A model generated the notes under the pieces. It was not told where the DNA came from. It saw nothing but the letters and a program-made list of their open reading frames with translations, and did no database searches. Made by a program: the position numbers and the translations under genes. A stretch of 64,000 nt of DNA from assembly GCA_963842085.1 (NCBI GenBank), contig CAWJET010000001.1, forward strand, positions 1,536,001 through 1,600,000. Direction: 5' to 3'. The number at the start of each line of letters is the position of its first letter. The first letter of the stretch is position 1. This DNA is from an uncultured delta proteobacterium (lineage in GTDB: Bacteria; Desulfobacterota; Binatia; Binatales; Binataceae). Shown here one piece after another: positions 44,319 to 54,414 of this stretch.

Positions 44319-44690
44319 ATCGCAGACAAGAGCACTCGCATCATCTGGATGCTGCTCACGCGTGGCGATAAGTATCGGCCAACGGCCCTGGTGACCCGTG
44401 CAACCAGGCAGCTTTATCAAACGCTCTTATTGGAGGAACACGTCTCTGTATGGTTGCGAAGGTCGTTTCGTCGGTGATGGGTTGCGGCCCGCCCGGCACT
44501 TTCTAAACCCATCCCTGGACCCTCGAGGCCGTTGAGATGACCAAGAGAAGGCGCGCGAATTTCCATCAGAGCCACGAGCGTACTATCAACCTCCTTAAAA
44601 CTAACCGGCCGAATATGCGGCTGCACCCGGCTCACTTCCACCATTGCAATCCCTTTCGCTCGGGGCTGGGCCCGCATAGGGGACAAACAC
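44319..44690 (+). mobile_element. IS110/IS1111-type 3' remnant with downstream non-coding region
   Basis: IADKSTRIIWMLLTRGDKYRP resembles the IS110 C-terminus (ANKxARIxWA.L..G..Y); followed by GGTTGCGAAGG..GATGG, TTCCATCAG, GGCCGAATATGCGGCTGCA blocks; right boundary approximate. Confidence 0.6.
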
Positions 44691-47125
44691 AAGCAAGTCG
44701 GTGTGAAGTCCGAATGTTAGGTTCGGTTAGACCTTGAGCGCTCGAAGCGTTTGCTTCGAGCTGAACATATCGAGCAAATATGCTTGACAGTCCTGCGTGC
44801 TAGAGCCGCAGGGGGGCCATCTGCGGCCGGCACGCAATGGGCAAACCAGCGACACGATCACATCGACTGTCGACGGAGCGCGCCGTTAAAACTGACTCCA
44901 ATTGCACGCTGGCCAAATCGTAGCTGCCCAGGTCGCCAAGGCAGTCATATCAGCGGTCGGCACATTGCCCGAGACGTCGTCATTGTCGTAAGGGCTGCTT
45001 TGAAATTCGGATATTGCGGTATAGGTGCGGTTGCCGGCAGCCGTGCCATCGTACTGACTGGTCGTACATACAAGACTCGGTGAGCCGAAAGCAGTGCCAT
45101 CGTCATTCTTAACGGAATCCCATTGTGCAGGTGTCCACGTCGAGGCCTCATTCAACCACGCCATACTAAGCGTACCGACCAGTTGTCCCGTATTGACGGG
45201 GCTCAGGTTAGCCCACGGTCCCGGCGCCCCGTAGCCAAAGTACTCCGGAAAGACGAGGTTATCGAGCGCGGAGCCCCAAGCCGGATTAAACCCATAGTCG
45301 GGATCCAGCAAATAGCCCGAGCTGTTATGGACTTTCGAACCGGCATTCGCGGTGGTCGTATCCTCCTGCTGTGCATTGAGCCATACCATCGTCATAAGTC
45401 CAGCATATCCGAGGTGACCATTTAACGACGACTCTTCGCCCTGATGGTTGAGGTAGTAGCCCCAGTCGATTGGGTTGTTACCGCCGCGTTGACGCTGGCC
45501 CGAGTGAACCATAATTTGCACGTAGTACCACGCACTCGTGAAATATGTATCCTTCAATCCATCGCCGTAAAAGTTATTCTGGCTGGAATTTTGGCTACCA
45601 GTGCCATTAGGGTTAGTTGGGATACCTATGCGGAACAGAGCCGACATGAACGGCTCAGCGGCATTCCATACCCGGTCATCGGTCGGCATGGTAAGATTGT
45701 AGCCTTCGGACTGAGAAAGCTGCCCCTCAAGGTTGAACTCATGCATCATTTCCCACACTTTAACAAGTTGCCATCGTGAAAGAGCATAAGCATAGTTACT
45801 TAAGATTGGTGTCCACGGTGCGTTTGGATTGATGCCTAGACTTTGCCTGTCTGCAAAATCCCAAGTTTCTAGATCCGAAGCAAATGACGAACCCGAACCA
45901 CCAACACCCTTCGTCGGGTTCGTGATGTATTGTGTGAGGTTGCTGGTGAGGTTGCTGCGCATGCCGTTGTAGCGGCTTGCTACCCCACTTCCTGCCCAAG
46001 ATGTCGCCGAAGCGCCCATAGCTGTAAGCGTTGAAGCTGTATATGCATCCATCGGCGAGACTGTCGGCAGCCATTGGTTCCAGCTTGGCATCGGCAGGAA
46101 CACCGGAATTTCGCGCTTATCTATGGCGCCCGTGGCTGGTATCGCCGCGGGGGTATACCCATCGGGGAATATATAGTTGAGTGTTTGTGTATCATCGTCC
46201 AGCACCCATTGGATGCCAGCCCCAGCCGACCAGTCCGCGATCGAATGCGAGTTCAACCCCGGCCCAGGCTGATAAGGCGGGTTCCACGGCCGCGCATACT
46301 GCGAGAACGCCGGCGCATTCGGGATGCCCGAGCGGATATAGCTCGCGATCTGCTCACCCTGAAGCTGGCTCAGGCCGTGAAATTGGCTGCGCTGAATAAT
46401 TGAATAATTCGAGTAATTGAAATACTTCAGGTCGCGCCCATCTTGGGCATGACAATCGGCGCAGTGTGCCTTAATCGTCGAGGTCGTCAAAGACGATTGC
46501 GCGAGGGTCGCGGTATGCCAGAGTGTTTGACCCGCGCTGATGTCGGCGGAATCGTTGAGCGGTGCCGTCCAAAGACTCGGGTCGTCATTGGCGAACTGAG
46601 TCGCCGGCATGATCTGCGAACCGTCCGAGGCAAGCAGGTTGAATGCGATAATTCTAAACCCAGTTGTGACACCATCAGTCTGGTTCATCCTAAAGCTGAC
46701 CGTGTTCGTGCCGGCAACCACCGATCCAAGCGTGCTTATCGGGATGGTGACCTTGACCGTGTCGAATAGGCCGCCATCGATACCTTCGTAATTTGCCCCT
46801 GGCGGCAGCACCGTCACCGTTTCGTTCGTGAGCGCCAGCCACGGCCCGCCATTGAGCGAGATACTGGCCTTACCTGGCGGCAACTTCTGCAGCGAGGGTA
46901 CGTAGCCGAGATGGTTACCCTGAAGCCAGAACGTCACCGCGCTGTTGGCTTGCGCCGAGGTCAGCGTGAAGCTTCGCGTTCCCGTCTCGCCCTGCGGACC
47001 GATCACTTCGATCGGCATTACCATCGCGCCGGAAACTGGCGTCGCCGTAGCGGTCGGCGTCGCGGTCGGCGTGCTACTTGCCGTCGCCGTGCGCGTCGGA
47101 GTCCCAGTCGGCGTGACGGTCGCGG
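44595..47125 (-). repeat. Right arm of ~2.53 kb inverted duplication
   Basis: Reverse complement of 39672-42202. Confidence 0.93.
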
Positions 47126-47942
47126 CCGGCGTGCTGCTAGGCGTCGTGGGGTCGCCAGCAGTCGCGGTCGGCGTGCTGGTGGGCGTCGTGGTCGGTGCCG
47201 CGGTAGAGGGCATGGGAGTGGGAGTCGCGGTCGGCGTGGACGCGGCGTTCGCAGGCTGCAGCAGTATCTGAAGCGCCATCCAGGGCTGGCTCGAGCCGCT
47301 GGTGAAGGTGAGATTCCCCGTCGGGTTCAGATACGTGAGCGGGCCTGCGTACCACCCCTCGTTGGAGATCCCGTCTCCCACGTCGATCTCCTGCCAGTCT
47401 TGCGTAAGTCCTTGCGGAGCTGCGTAACCAATCCCCGCGCTCATATCGAGCACCGCCGCAACCAATAGATCTCCAACCACCGTCGGCGTCACCGACTGCG
47501 CCATTGGGTTGTTGGAATTTCCAGTGTTGTAACTGGGTGCACCGTCGAGCTGGCATTGCCAATTGCTGAAGCACTGAAGCCCGCCCGCTGACTTGGGACC
47601 GCCGCTGCCAAAACTCCATGTGTAGCTGGTCGGACTGGTGGCACACCACCCGGTCGCCGACGCTCCCGTGCCGCTGGTCGAAGTAAATCCGAACACCTTG
47701 CTCCATCCCGCAGGCGCGACGACTGAATCGAGCCCGTCGTGCAGGATCACCGCGAGGCAGGAATTGCCCGACGCTGCTGGCGACGACGGTAGGGTCAAGC
47801 TCTGGCCGTTGTATTCGGAATTGGTCTCGGGCGGACCCGCCGCCGCTATCGCTTGCGAAGTTGCAGCGCTAGATTGCGCGCTGGCGCATACTACGACTAA
47901 GCAGACATATAGAAAAAATGCCAGTGAGTAGCGACTATGCAT
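44886..47942 (-). CDS. Secreted protein: beta-sandwich domain, PT linker, CxxCH module (paralog 3, lacks lectin domain)
   Basis: Signal peptide like paralog 2; SSAAT joined directly to SQAIAAAG; C-terminal module matches paralog 2. Confidence 0.88.
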   Translation of the reverse strand: MHSRYSLAFFLYVCLVVVCASAQSSAATSQAIAAAGPPETNSEYNGQSLTLPSSPAASGNSCLAVILHDGLDSVVAPAGWSKVFGFTSTSGTGASATGWCATSPTSYTWSFGSGGPKSAGGLQCFSNWQCQLDGAPSYNTGNSNNPMAQSVTPTVVGDLLVAAVLDMSAGIGYAAPQGLTQDWQEIDVGDGISNEGWYAGPLTYLNPTGNLTFTSGSSQPWMALQILLQPANAASTPTATPTPMPSTAAPTTTPTSTPTATAGDPTTPSSTPAATVTPTGTPTRTATASSTPTATPTATATPVSGAMVMPIEVIGPQGETGTRSFTLTSAQANSAVTFWLQGNHLGYVPSLQKLPPGKASISLNGGPWLALTNETVTVLPPGANYEGIDGGLFDTVKVTIPISTLGSVVAGTNTVSFRMNQTDGVTTGFRIIAFNLLASDGSQIMPATQFANDDPSLWTAPLNDSADISAGQTLWHTATLAQSSLTTSTIKAHCADCHAQDGRDLKYFNYSNYSIIQRSQFHGLSQLQGEQIASYIRSGIPNAPAFSQYARPWNPPYQPGPGLNSHSIADWSAGAGIQWVLDDDTQTLNYIFPDGYTPAAIPATGAIDKREIPVFLPMPSWNQWLPTVSPMDAYTASTLTAMGASATSWAGSGVASRYNGMRSNLTSNLTQYITNPTKGVGGSGSSFASDLETWDFADRQSLGINPNAPWTPILSNYAYALSRWQLVKVWEMMHEFNLEGQLSQSEGYNLTMPTDDRVWNAAEPFMSALFRIGIPTNPNGTGSQNSSQNNFYGDGLKDTYFTSAWYYVQIMVHSGQRQRGGNNPIDWGYYLNHQGEESSLNGHLGYAGLMTMVWLNAQQEDTTTANAGSKVHNSSGYLLDPDYGFNPAWGSALDNLVFPEYFGYGAPGPWANLSPVNTGQLVGTLSMAWLNEASTWTPAQWDSVKNDDGTAFGSPSLVCTTSQYDGTAAGNRTYTAISEFQSSPYDNDDVSGNVPTADMTALATWAATIWPACNWSQF

Positions 47943-48903
47943 TCATACCCCTCCCCTGCTCCACACAGCATCCAACACGACTCACCGGAACTTCTACCAA
48001 TTTCGCCGGGGCAATATTATTGCGGACCGTGATTCACGATATTCCGCCGGTTCGCCCCACGCTCTGAATGGATACTGCTAGACCCGCAGAGGTCAGCAGA
48101 AAAAGCCGACCTACAAGACGGCCGACGAATAGCTGGAACGAGTCGACTAGTGAAGAATCGAGGTCCGCGCAAATTCGTCGCTTGCTCATATCGATGGATC
48201 TTTTATCAACTCGATTGTCGCTGTGTCAATTAATTGTCATACGAATCGATCAATTAATGGAAGCATATTGTAGTCGTCGGTGCGAAATCTCGAAAATTAA
48301 ATGCCGCTAGCGCGATCAAAACTTAGTAGAATGAGAAATTGACTGCCGCAGTTGTCCGCATCAGGAGGCTAAACTATTTTTTCAATAAGATTTCTTTTGG
48401 CGCAGCTACAATCGGTCCCTACGCGGGTACGATCACTCGGATCGAGATGGCGTAAACGCCCAAGTGCGTCTCGAGCTGAGTAACGCTAGAGAAATTGATT
48501 TCTATTGCTTGATTCTTCTCTTTAGTGAGTTGTGGACTGGAGATTAGGCGCCATACCTCAAGGATATCGCTTTATAGCATTGGGTATATCTAAGAGCCTT
48601 CGCAGCATGGGACTTGATGGTACTGTTCCTGGCGAATCGAACCAGACAGATACCGAGCGAAACGTTTGATCCTCGAGAGGGGGCGCAAGAATGGACACTG
48701 TGATCTTGCTCGTAAACCACGCTGTGGCGCGGCGTTTGTGGCGGCCAACCACCACCCCCTGGGCGAGCCCCCACGCAGGGATGAGGTCGACCTCGATAAT
48801 ACGTAAGAGTAGTGTTAGGATTTCATCCGCATGAGTGCTACCGAACGTTCCCGCGCGCGAGTACGCTATTACCTCATATCCTAAGCGGTGCGGGCGGCCA
48901 TAC

Positions 48904-50523
48904 ATGATCGTTGATTTCCGGGACTACGCCGACGGGCACGTATTTCGAGCTGATGTCTGTATCATCGGAAGTGGTGCGGCTGGAATTACGATTGCGCGGG
49001 AATTCTTCTTCAGCGGATTCTCGGTAGTGACCTCGGAAGGGGGAGGATTCAAATGGGAAGAAGACACCCAGGCTTTGTATACGAGCGAAGTCGTAGGACT
49101 CCCCCATAAAGGCGTGCACATCGGCCGGGCGAGGGTCTTCGGGGGCACGACTACCCTTTGGGCCGGTCAGACGTTGCCCTTGGACGATATCGATTTCAGA
49201 CCGCGGCCTTGGGTAGCTGACAGTGGTTGGCCGCTTGTGCGTCGCGATCTTGAGCCGTACTACAGACGTGCCGAGAAAACGCTCAATTTGAGCGAGATTG
49301 ACTACCGAGACCCGTCATTTTTCGGCGTTTCAACTGCACTCTTCGAGTCACGTCAGTTGCGTCCTTTGATTTCGCAGTTCAGCCCCAAGGCAAATTTCGC
49401 CGCAGCATATGGTAACCAATTGAAGTCACTGAGCAGCATCACCGTGATTCTGCATGCCAACGCCACCCAACTAATGGCGAATTCTGACGCATCGGCCATA
49501 ACGGGTGTGGAGATTCGCTCACTTTCGGGCCGGTGCGGTGCAATAGATGCGGCCTTTTATGTCGTCTGCTGCGGAGGTATAGAGACGCCGCGCTTGTTAC
49601 TTGCGTCGAACGAAATCGAGAGGCCGGGGCTTGGTAATCGGCACGATCGGGTCGGCAGATACTTTCAGGATCACGTCCAGGCACGCTTGGCGAGTGTGCG
49701 ACTTAGGGACGCGAAGCGAGTATTGGAGTCATTCGAGACCTTCTATCGGAAGGGAGTAGCCTATAGCCCGAAGCTTGCTCTCAACGAGGAGGTTCAAGAA
49801 AAACGAGGCACTCTGAATGCTACTGTCGGCGTGGTCCGTGCGGAGCTGCCCGCTGAGAATACGGCAGTTGATGCGGCCAAGCGGCTGGCGAGTGGTCTCC
49901 GACACTGGAATTTCATTAAGCCGTCCGCCGGCGACCTAAAACAATTGCTTCGCTCTCCCCACGATATCTTGCTCGCCGCGTTCCGTCGTTATGTTCAACA
50001 CAAGCCGGCATTTCAATTGAGTGGCGAGCCATACATCTCATTGTGTTGCGAGTGTGAGCCAAATCCCGACAGCCGTGTTTTGCTGAGCGATGAAAGAGAT
50101 GCTCTCGGGATGCGACGCGCCAAGCTCGATTGGCACCTGACGCCGTTGGTGCGCCATACAGCGATGGTCGTAGTCGAAATACTCGCAAAAGAGCTCAAAC
50201 GATTGGAAATCGGGGAGGTGGATACGGCATCTTGCGACGTGATGAGGAATCAGGACTGGGAGCGTTCCTTCTGGGACATCAACCATCACATCGGAACCTG
50301 CCGAATGAGCACCGATCCTCATAATGGAGTCGTCGATCCCGATTGTAAGGTGCACACTATCGACAATCTGTTCATTAGCAGCAGCGCGGTTTTCCCGACC
50401 GGCGGACATTCCAACCCGACATTTACGATGCTTGCCCTGGCTATTCGGCTGGCTGATCACCTCAAGCTGCGATTGTCACGAAGCGTTCCGACCGTAAGCG
50501 GCAGAGCCGATGCGCAGCGTTAA
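48904..50523 (+). CDS. GMC-family FAD oxidoreductase
   Basis: DVCIIGSGAAG, GGTTTLWAG, GGIETPRLLL, HHIGTCRM, GVVDPDCKVH, NPTFT. Confidence 0.92.
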   Translation: MIVDFRDYADGHVFRADVCIIGSGAAGITIAREFFFSGFSVVTSEGGGFKWEEDTQALYTSEVVGLPHKGVHIGRARVFGGTTTLWAGQTLPLDDIDFRPRPWVADSGWPLVRRDLEPYYRRAEKTLNLSEIDYRDPSFFGVSTALFESRQLRPLISQFSPKANFAAAYGNQLKSLSSITVILHANATQLMANSDASAITGVEIRSLSGRCGAIDAAFYVVCCGGIETPRLLLASNEIERPGLGNRHDRVGRYFQDHVQARLASVRLRDAKRVLESFETFYRKGVAYSPKLALNEEVQEKRGTLNATVGVVRAELPAENTAVDAAKRLASGLRHWNFIKPSAGDLKQLLRSPHDILLAAFRRYVQHKPAFQLSGEPYISLCCECEPNPDSRVLLSDERDALGMRRAKLDWHLTPLVRHTAMVVVEILAKELKRLEIGEVDTASCDVMRNQDWERSFWDINHHIGTCRMSTDPHNGVVDPDCKVHTIDNLFISSSAVFPTGGHSNPTFTMLALAIRLADHLKLRLSRSVPTVSGRADAQR

Positions 50524-51478
50524 GCTCGCGAATACGGATTTGACGGCGTCCAGCTTGGGCTTCGGCTGCAGTGCGCTCCTGGGAGACAACACCCGAACCG
50601 AAGGACTGCAGCTTTTGCACACCGCTTACGACGAGGGGCTCAACTATTTCGACGTCGCGCGAGTCTACGGATATGGCGAAGCGGAGCGACTGGTTGGCGA
50701 ATTCGCCAAGGGGAAAAGGAGTCGAATTGTTATCACTACAAAATTTGGTATTCGTCCCCTAATCTCTATAGCCGGGGCGGGCTATGCACGGACACTGGTT
50801 CGCAATCTGATGCGATTTTCTCCGAGTTTGCGGAATCGAATTGGCCGCCAAGCGCGCTCCGCCGTCAGCCACGGTCGCTTTGGCGCTGCAGAAGCCCGCG
50901 ACAGTCTGGAAACGAGCCTCCGAGTCCTGGGCACAGACTATATTGACATATTCCTGATGCACGACTGCTCACTCGGCGATATCTCCGATGACCTACTCGT
51001 TTTCTTAAGCCGCGCTCGTGCGGAAGGGAAGATTCGATATTTCGGCGTTGCTACCGAGGCCGAGGAGATCGCTAAGATTCAAGCTCACCGTCCGGAATTC
51101 GCACTGGTTATGCAGTTTCGAAATAGTGTCCTCCACCGAAACCTTGAAGCACTCGGTGAACCTGGCGGAGCCGTCATAACACACGGCGCATTGAGCGGCA
51201 GCTACGTGGCACTTAGAGAGTATCTGGCACGAGGTCGCGAATTCGCCGCGAGGTGGTCGTCTTGCCTCCAGGCCGATCTGTCTCAACCCACCGAATTGGC
51301 GCGAATAATGTTAAATTATGCGGTTCACGCCAACCGCTGGGGCCCAGTTATTTTTTCGTCGCGCCAGGTTGAATCTATCAAGAACAACGCGAAGGGTGTC
51401 GCCGAGGACCCCTACTCCAAGGAACAGCTCGAAGCGTTTGTGGCTCTGGCTAAACAGTCGGGAGTACAGCCGCTCTGA
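50510..51478 (+). CDS. Aldo/keto reductase
   Basis: LGFGC, FDVARVYGYGEAE, TKFG, SLRVLGTDYIDIFLMH; overlaps the GMC stop. Confidence 0.92.
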   Translation: MRSVKLANTDLTASSLGFGCSALLGDNTRTEGLQLLHTAYDEGLNYFDVARVYGYGEAERLVGEFAKGKRSRIVITTKFGIRPLISIAGAGYARTLVRNLMRFSPSLRNRIGRQARSAVSHGRFGAAEARDSLETSLRVLGTDYIDIFLMHDCSLGDISDDLLVFLSRARAEGKIRYFGVATEAEEIAKIQAHRPEFALVMQFRNSVLHRNLEALGEPGGAVITHGALSGSYVALREYLARGREFAARWSSCLQADLSQPTELARIMLNYAVHANRWGPVIFSSRQVESIKNNAKGVAEDPYSKEQLEAFVALAKQSGVQPL

Positions 51479-52245
51479 GCGGAAGCATCAGTTTGAACGA
51501 CGCCTCGGGAACCGATGAGTTTGCCTTGGCGGATGTTTGGCCGCGGACCGCCGATCAGAAATCAGACACGGCCCGATACGTCCTTATCGCAGGTGGCTTG
51601 TGCATGAGCGCCGGTGAATGCCATGGGTATGAGAAAGCGGCACAGATCGACCCCCTACTACGCGGTCATTCCATTCCAGCAGTTTCGGCTGTCGTAAATG
51701 TCTCGTATAGCACTGCGCAGTCCCTAAGCGCCTCTCGCATCACCGCGTGGGCCACGGGAAAAACCGGCATCGCTCTCGACTCTTGCCCACATGGGTGCCA
51801 GCCAGCAAGTGTGACGAGAAGAAGGTGATCGCGTCAGCGCTTGAAGCTCGCGAAGCGTTGAACGCGATGGATGCAGCGGAGATGAAAAGATCGAAAAAGT
51901 TCGTTGGAGCGAGAAATCATTGCCGTCTGCTGCTGCGCGGAGTGACTCGATTTTGCGCCCAACTCGAAAATACTTCTGCACAAGCCATCAAACGCGTCGT
52001 TTCGGTTGATCCGGCTGGATCGACCAATTTAAGAATGGCACTCGGTGGGCCGAAACGTTGCTGCGGCAACTGCATCAGGCAGCTCCCAACCCCATTAGTT
52101 GAGGTCGCCCGTCCCCGCAGTTCAATCGGTTGTCTCGACCGGCTGATTCCAAGAGCGCCCACATCAACTGGAGTTAGGCCGCTCGATTCGCGCCTGAAGA
52201 AGCAATCGCGTCGGCGATTGAGGTGTTCCCTTCGCGAAAGGGTCT

Positions 52246-53922
52246 TTAGGCCCAAAGACTCCAATCTCGAGTGGCGAGAACCCAGACTGCGAGCAAGCCG
52301 TTGGCCGTGGCATGCGCGACTACTGCATCTGAGAGTCGGTTGTTCAGATACGCCGCTAGCGCAAAGATGAGGCCAACGGCGAACCCTGCAAGCCAATGAT
52401 CATGTAGCGTTGCAAACAGCACCGAGGAACCCAGCCATGACAGGATTGTGAAGTGACGGTATGAGACCGCCTCGAAGCGAACACTTACGAGCTTGCGGAG
52501 CAAATAGCCGCGAAATGCCAGTTCTTCAGCGACTGGCACTGTTATTACAGCTCCGATGATTCTGAAGGCGAGCCAGCCAGCCGCCACCCAAGTTGTCATT
52601 GCACATAGGCTTGTTGAAAATGCCACGCAGCGCGTTGCGGAGTCTTGGCTTGTGGCCAATAAGATCCACACTACGAATGCGAGGGCGCCGAGTCCGATTG
52701 CGCGAAATGAGCCCCCGACTCTGAAAGTGGGGATTCTGTGCCGGAAGACAAAAAGAACGAGGCCGCACGCGAGCACGCGTAGCGGATAAAGGTAGTCGAA
52801 ACCACCATCAAATATCCGTGTAATCATCGACGCCGCCACGATCGTCAGCAGTGGCGCGAGGTATAGACCCGCGGGATTTGCCCAGGGAACGTTAGCCGGA
52901 CGAGCTTGCGCGCGCCACAACCAGGGCGTGGTTCTACTGACGGCTAACAGCGCGAAGCAGGCGGCGTTGAAAAAAAACCAGCCTGCGACCGTATGGAAGC
53001 CGTCCATAGCCACTGCCGGCCACCACTGTCCGATTACTACCAGCGTCGTGATTCGGACCACGTTGAGCAGCCCGATCAGCACAACTCCAAGCGGAATCAG
53101 TAAGAACCCCTGCGGAAAGCGAAAGCGGCTTCGGTAGAACCACAGGTACGTGGCCGTGAGCACGATCACCAGACCCACGCCTTCAAGCCCCGAGCAGGCA
53201 GAAGTTATTTCAACCGAAAACCGATGGGTCCCAACAACCGCCAGAGACGGCTGAACAATGACCCGCTGGCCCAGAATACGCAGCAAAAAAGCGACCGCGT
53301 ACAAATTACAATCGAGCACCAGGTACCACAACCTCATCGCCGGAAACTCTGAAACCCTGGCGATGGCTCCCACCACGAGCGCGGCCGTGATCACACCGGG
53401 ACGGCGCTTGACCCAGGTGATCCAAAACTCCGCGGGCATCACCGCTAGGCCCCAGCTAGCGATCGCACCCGCCAGCAGTACTAAGCCGAACAAGGACCAC
53501 CATCCCGCGTTCGGGCCACGCAACGCGCCGCTCACTAGTGCGAACCGCCCCCCGACCACGAACACGTTGACGGCCACCAGATGCAAGCCGAGCCACGCTG
53601 GCCAAAGAGAGTCCCGTTCCTGATTGGGTTTAGGAGTAGCCTCGAGTAGCTCGAAAGCTGTGTCCCAACTGAGCAGAAGGGCGGCTCCAAAAGCAGCCAC
53701 GAACATGGCCACTATCATTCGCCGACCAGCGATGAACGCAAGCCACCACGGCGCAGCGGCTTGCGGCAAGAGCGATGCGGGAAGTGGTCGGGAGAGCGCG
53801 ACCAATTCGGGAACCAAAAGCAGGGCGATCAGCAAGCGACGCCAAGGAAACGGCTGCCCGCGGCCCTGAGTGACTCGGTCAGCAAGATCCGACTGGCAGT
53901 GACTAGCGCTTTTCACCTTCAA
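52246..53922 (-). CDS. xrtE: Exosortase E / CAAX-protease fusion (VPEID-CTERM system)
   Basis: Exosortase Cys/Arg/His motifs ITSACSGLEG, NVVRI, FHTVAGW; CPBP motifs AEELAFRG, FATLH, AHATAN. Confidence 0.9.
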   Translation of the reverse strand: MKVKSASHCQSDLADRVTQGRGQPFPWRRLLIALLLVPELVALSRPLPASLLPQAAAPWWLAFIAGRRMIVAMFVAAFGAALLLSWDTAFELLEATPKPNQERDSLWPAWLGLHLVAVNVFVVGGRFALVSGALRGPNAGWWSLFGLVLLAGAIASWGLAVMPAEFWITWVKRRPGVITAALVVGAIARVSEFPAMRLWYLVLDCNLYAVAFLLRILGQRVIVQPSLAVVGTHRFSVEITSACSGLEGVGLVIVLTATYLWFYRSRFRFPQGFLLIPLGVVLIGLLNVVRITTLVVIGQWWPAVAMDGFHTVAGWFFFNAACFALLAVSRTTPWLWRAQARPANVPWANPAGLYLAPLLTIVAASMITRIFDGGFDYLYPLRVLACGLVLFVFRHRIPTFRVGGSFRAIGLGALAFVVWILLATSQDSATRCVAFSTSLCAMTTWVAAGWLAFRIIGAVITVPVAEELAFRGYLLRKLVSVRFEAVSYRHFTILSWLGSSVLFATLHDHWLAGFAVGLIFALAAYLNNRLSDAVVAHATANGLLAVWVLATRDWSLWA

Positions 53923-53953
53923 TCGTCACGCATTGCCCGAAAACGCATCAAAC

Positions 53954-54157
53954 CTAGCGCGAGCGGCGGCGTTCAAGCGCGAGCAAGAAACTACCAATCA
54001 AAAGAGCTAAGCCACTGGCTCCCGTTGCCGGATCGAGCTCTGGAGCGCACGACGGCATTCCGTTTTCGTGAGCCGCCGCCACGCCTTTAAAGGCAATCAA
54101 GAAGACGACAGCAGCGGCACCAATCCAGCTAAGGAGCTTCGTGCGATGAGTTCTCAT
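53954..54157 (-). CDS. VPEID-CTERM-type sorting substrate, 67 aa
   Basis: RBS GGAGG; signal peptide, HENGMPSC, APELDP, TM helix, ERRRSR basic tail; directly upstream of the exosortase. Confidence 0.85.
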   Translation of the reverse strand: MRTHRTKLLSWIGAAAVVFLIAFKGVAAAHENGMPSCAPELDPATGASGLALLIGSFLLALERRRSR

Positions 54158-54181
54158 GATACTACCTCCGTAGAGGGATCA

Positions 54182-54208
54182 AATATAACAAAAGCAAAGA
54201 ATTGTCAA
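54182..54208 (-). promoter_or_regulatory. Possible sigma70 promoter for the CTERM/xrtE genes
   Basis: TTGACA then TG-n-TATATT; spacer only 15 bp. Confidence 0.35.
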
Positions 54209-54385
54209 TTGAAATAGATTAAAATCAAGCAAAATAAATCTGTATCAATCAATGTGGCAAGTGCCGAGGGATCCGCGATTCGGCCATTTGGGCCTTTCGT
54301 AGGCTGTTTTGCCGAGATTCTGGGGGAATAGATACAAATGAGGTAGATCCGTCACCAAATAACATGCAAGCAACCGATTGATAAT

Positions 54386-54414
54386 TTGACACTCACTTTC
54401 TTTGATTGTAGAAT
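54386..54414 (+). promoter_or_regulatory. Sigma70-type promoter
   Basis: TTGACA-17 bp-TAGAAT in AT-rich intergenic DNA. Confidence 0.65.

Noticed and set aside
51480-52245. ORFs between AKR and xrtE (51493-51828, 51747-52370)
   Set aside because: No motifs or convincing starts; probably non-coding or decayed
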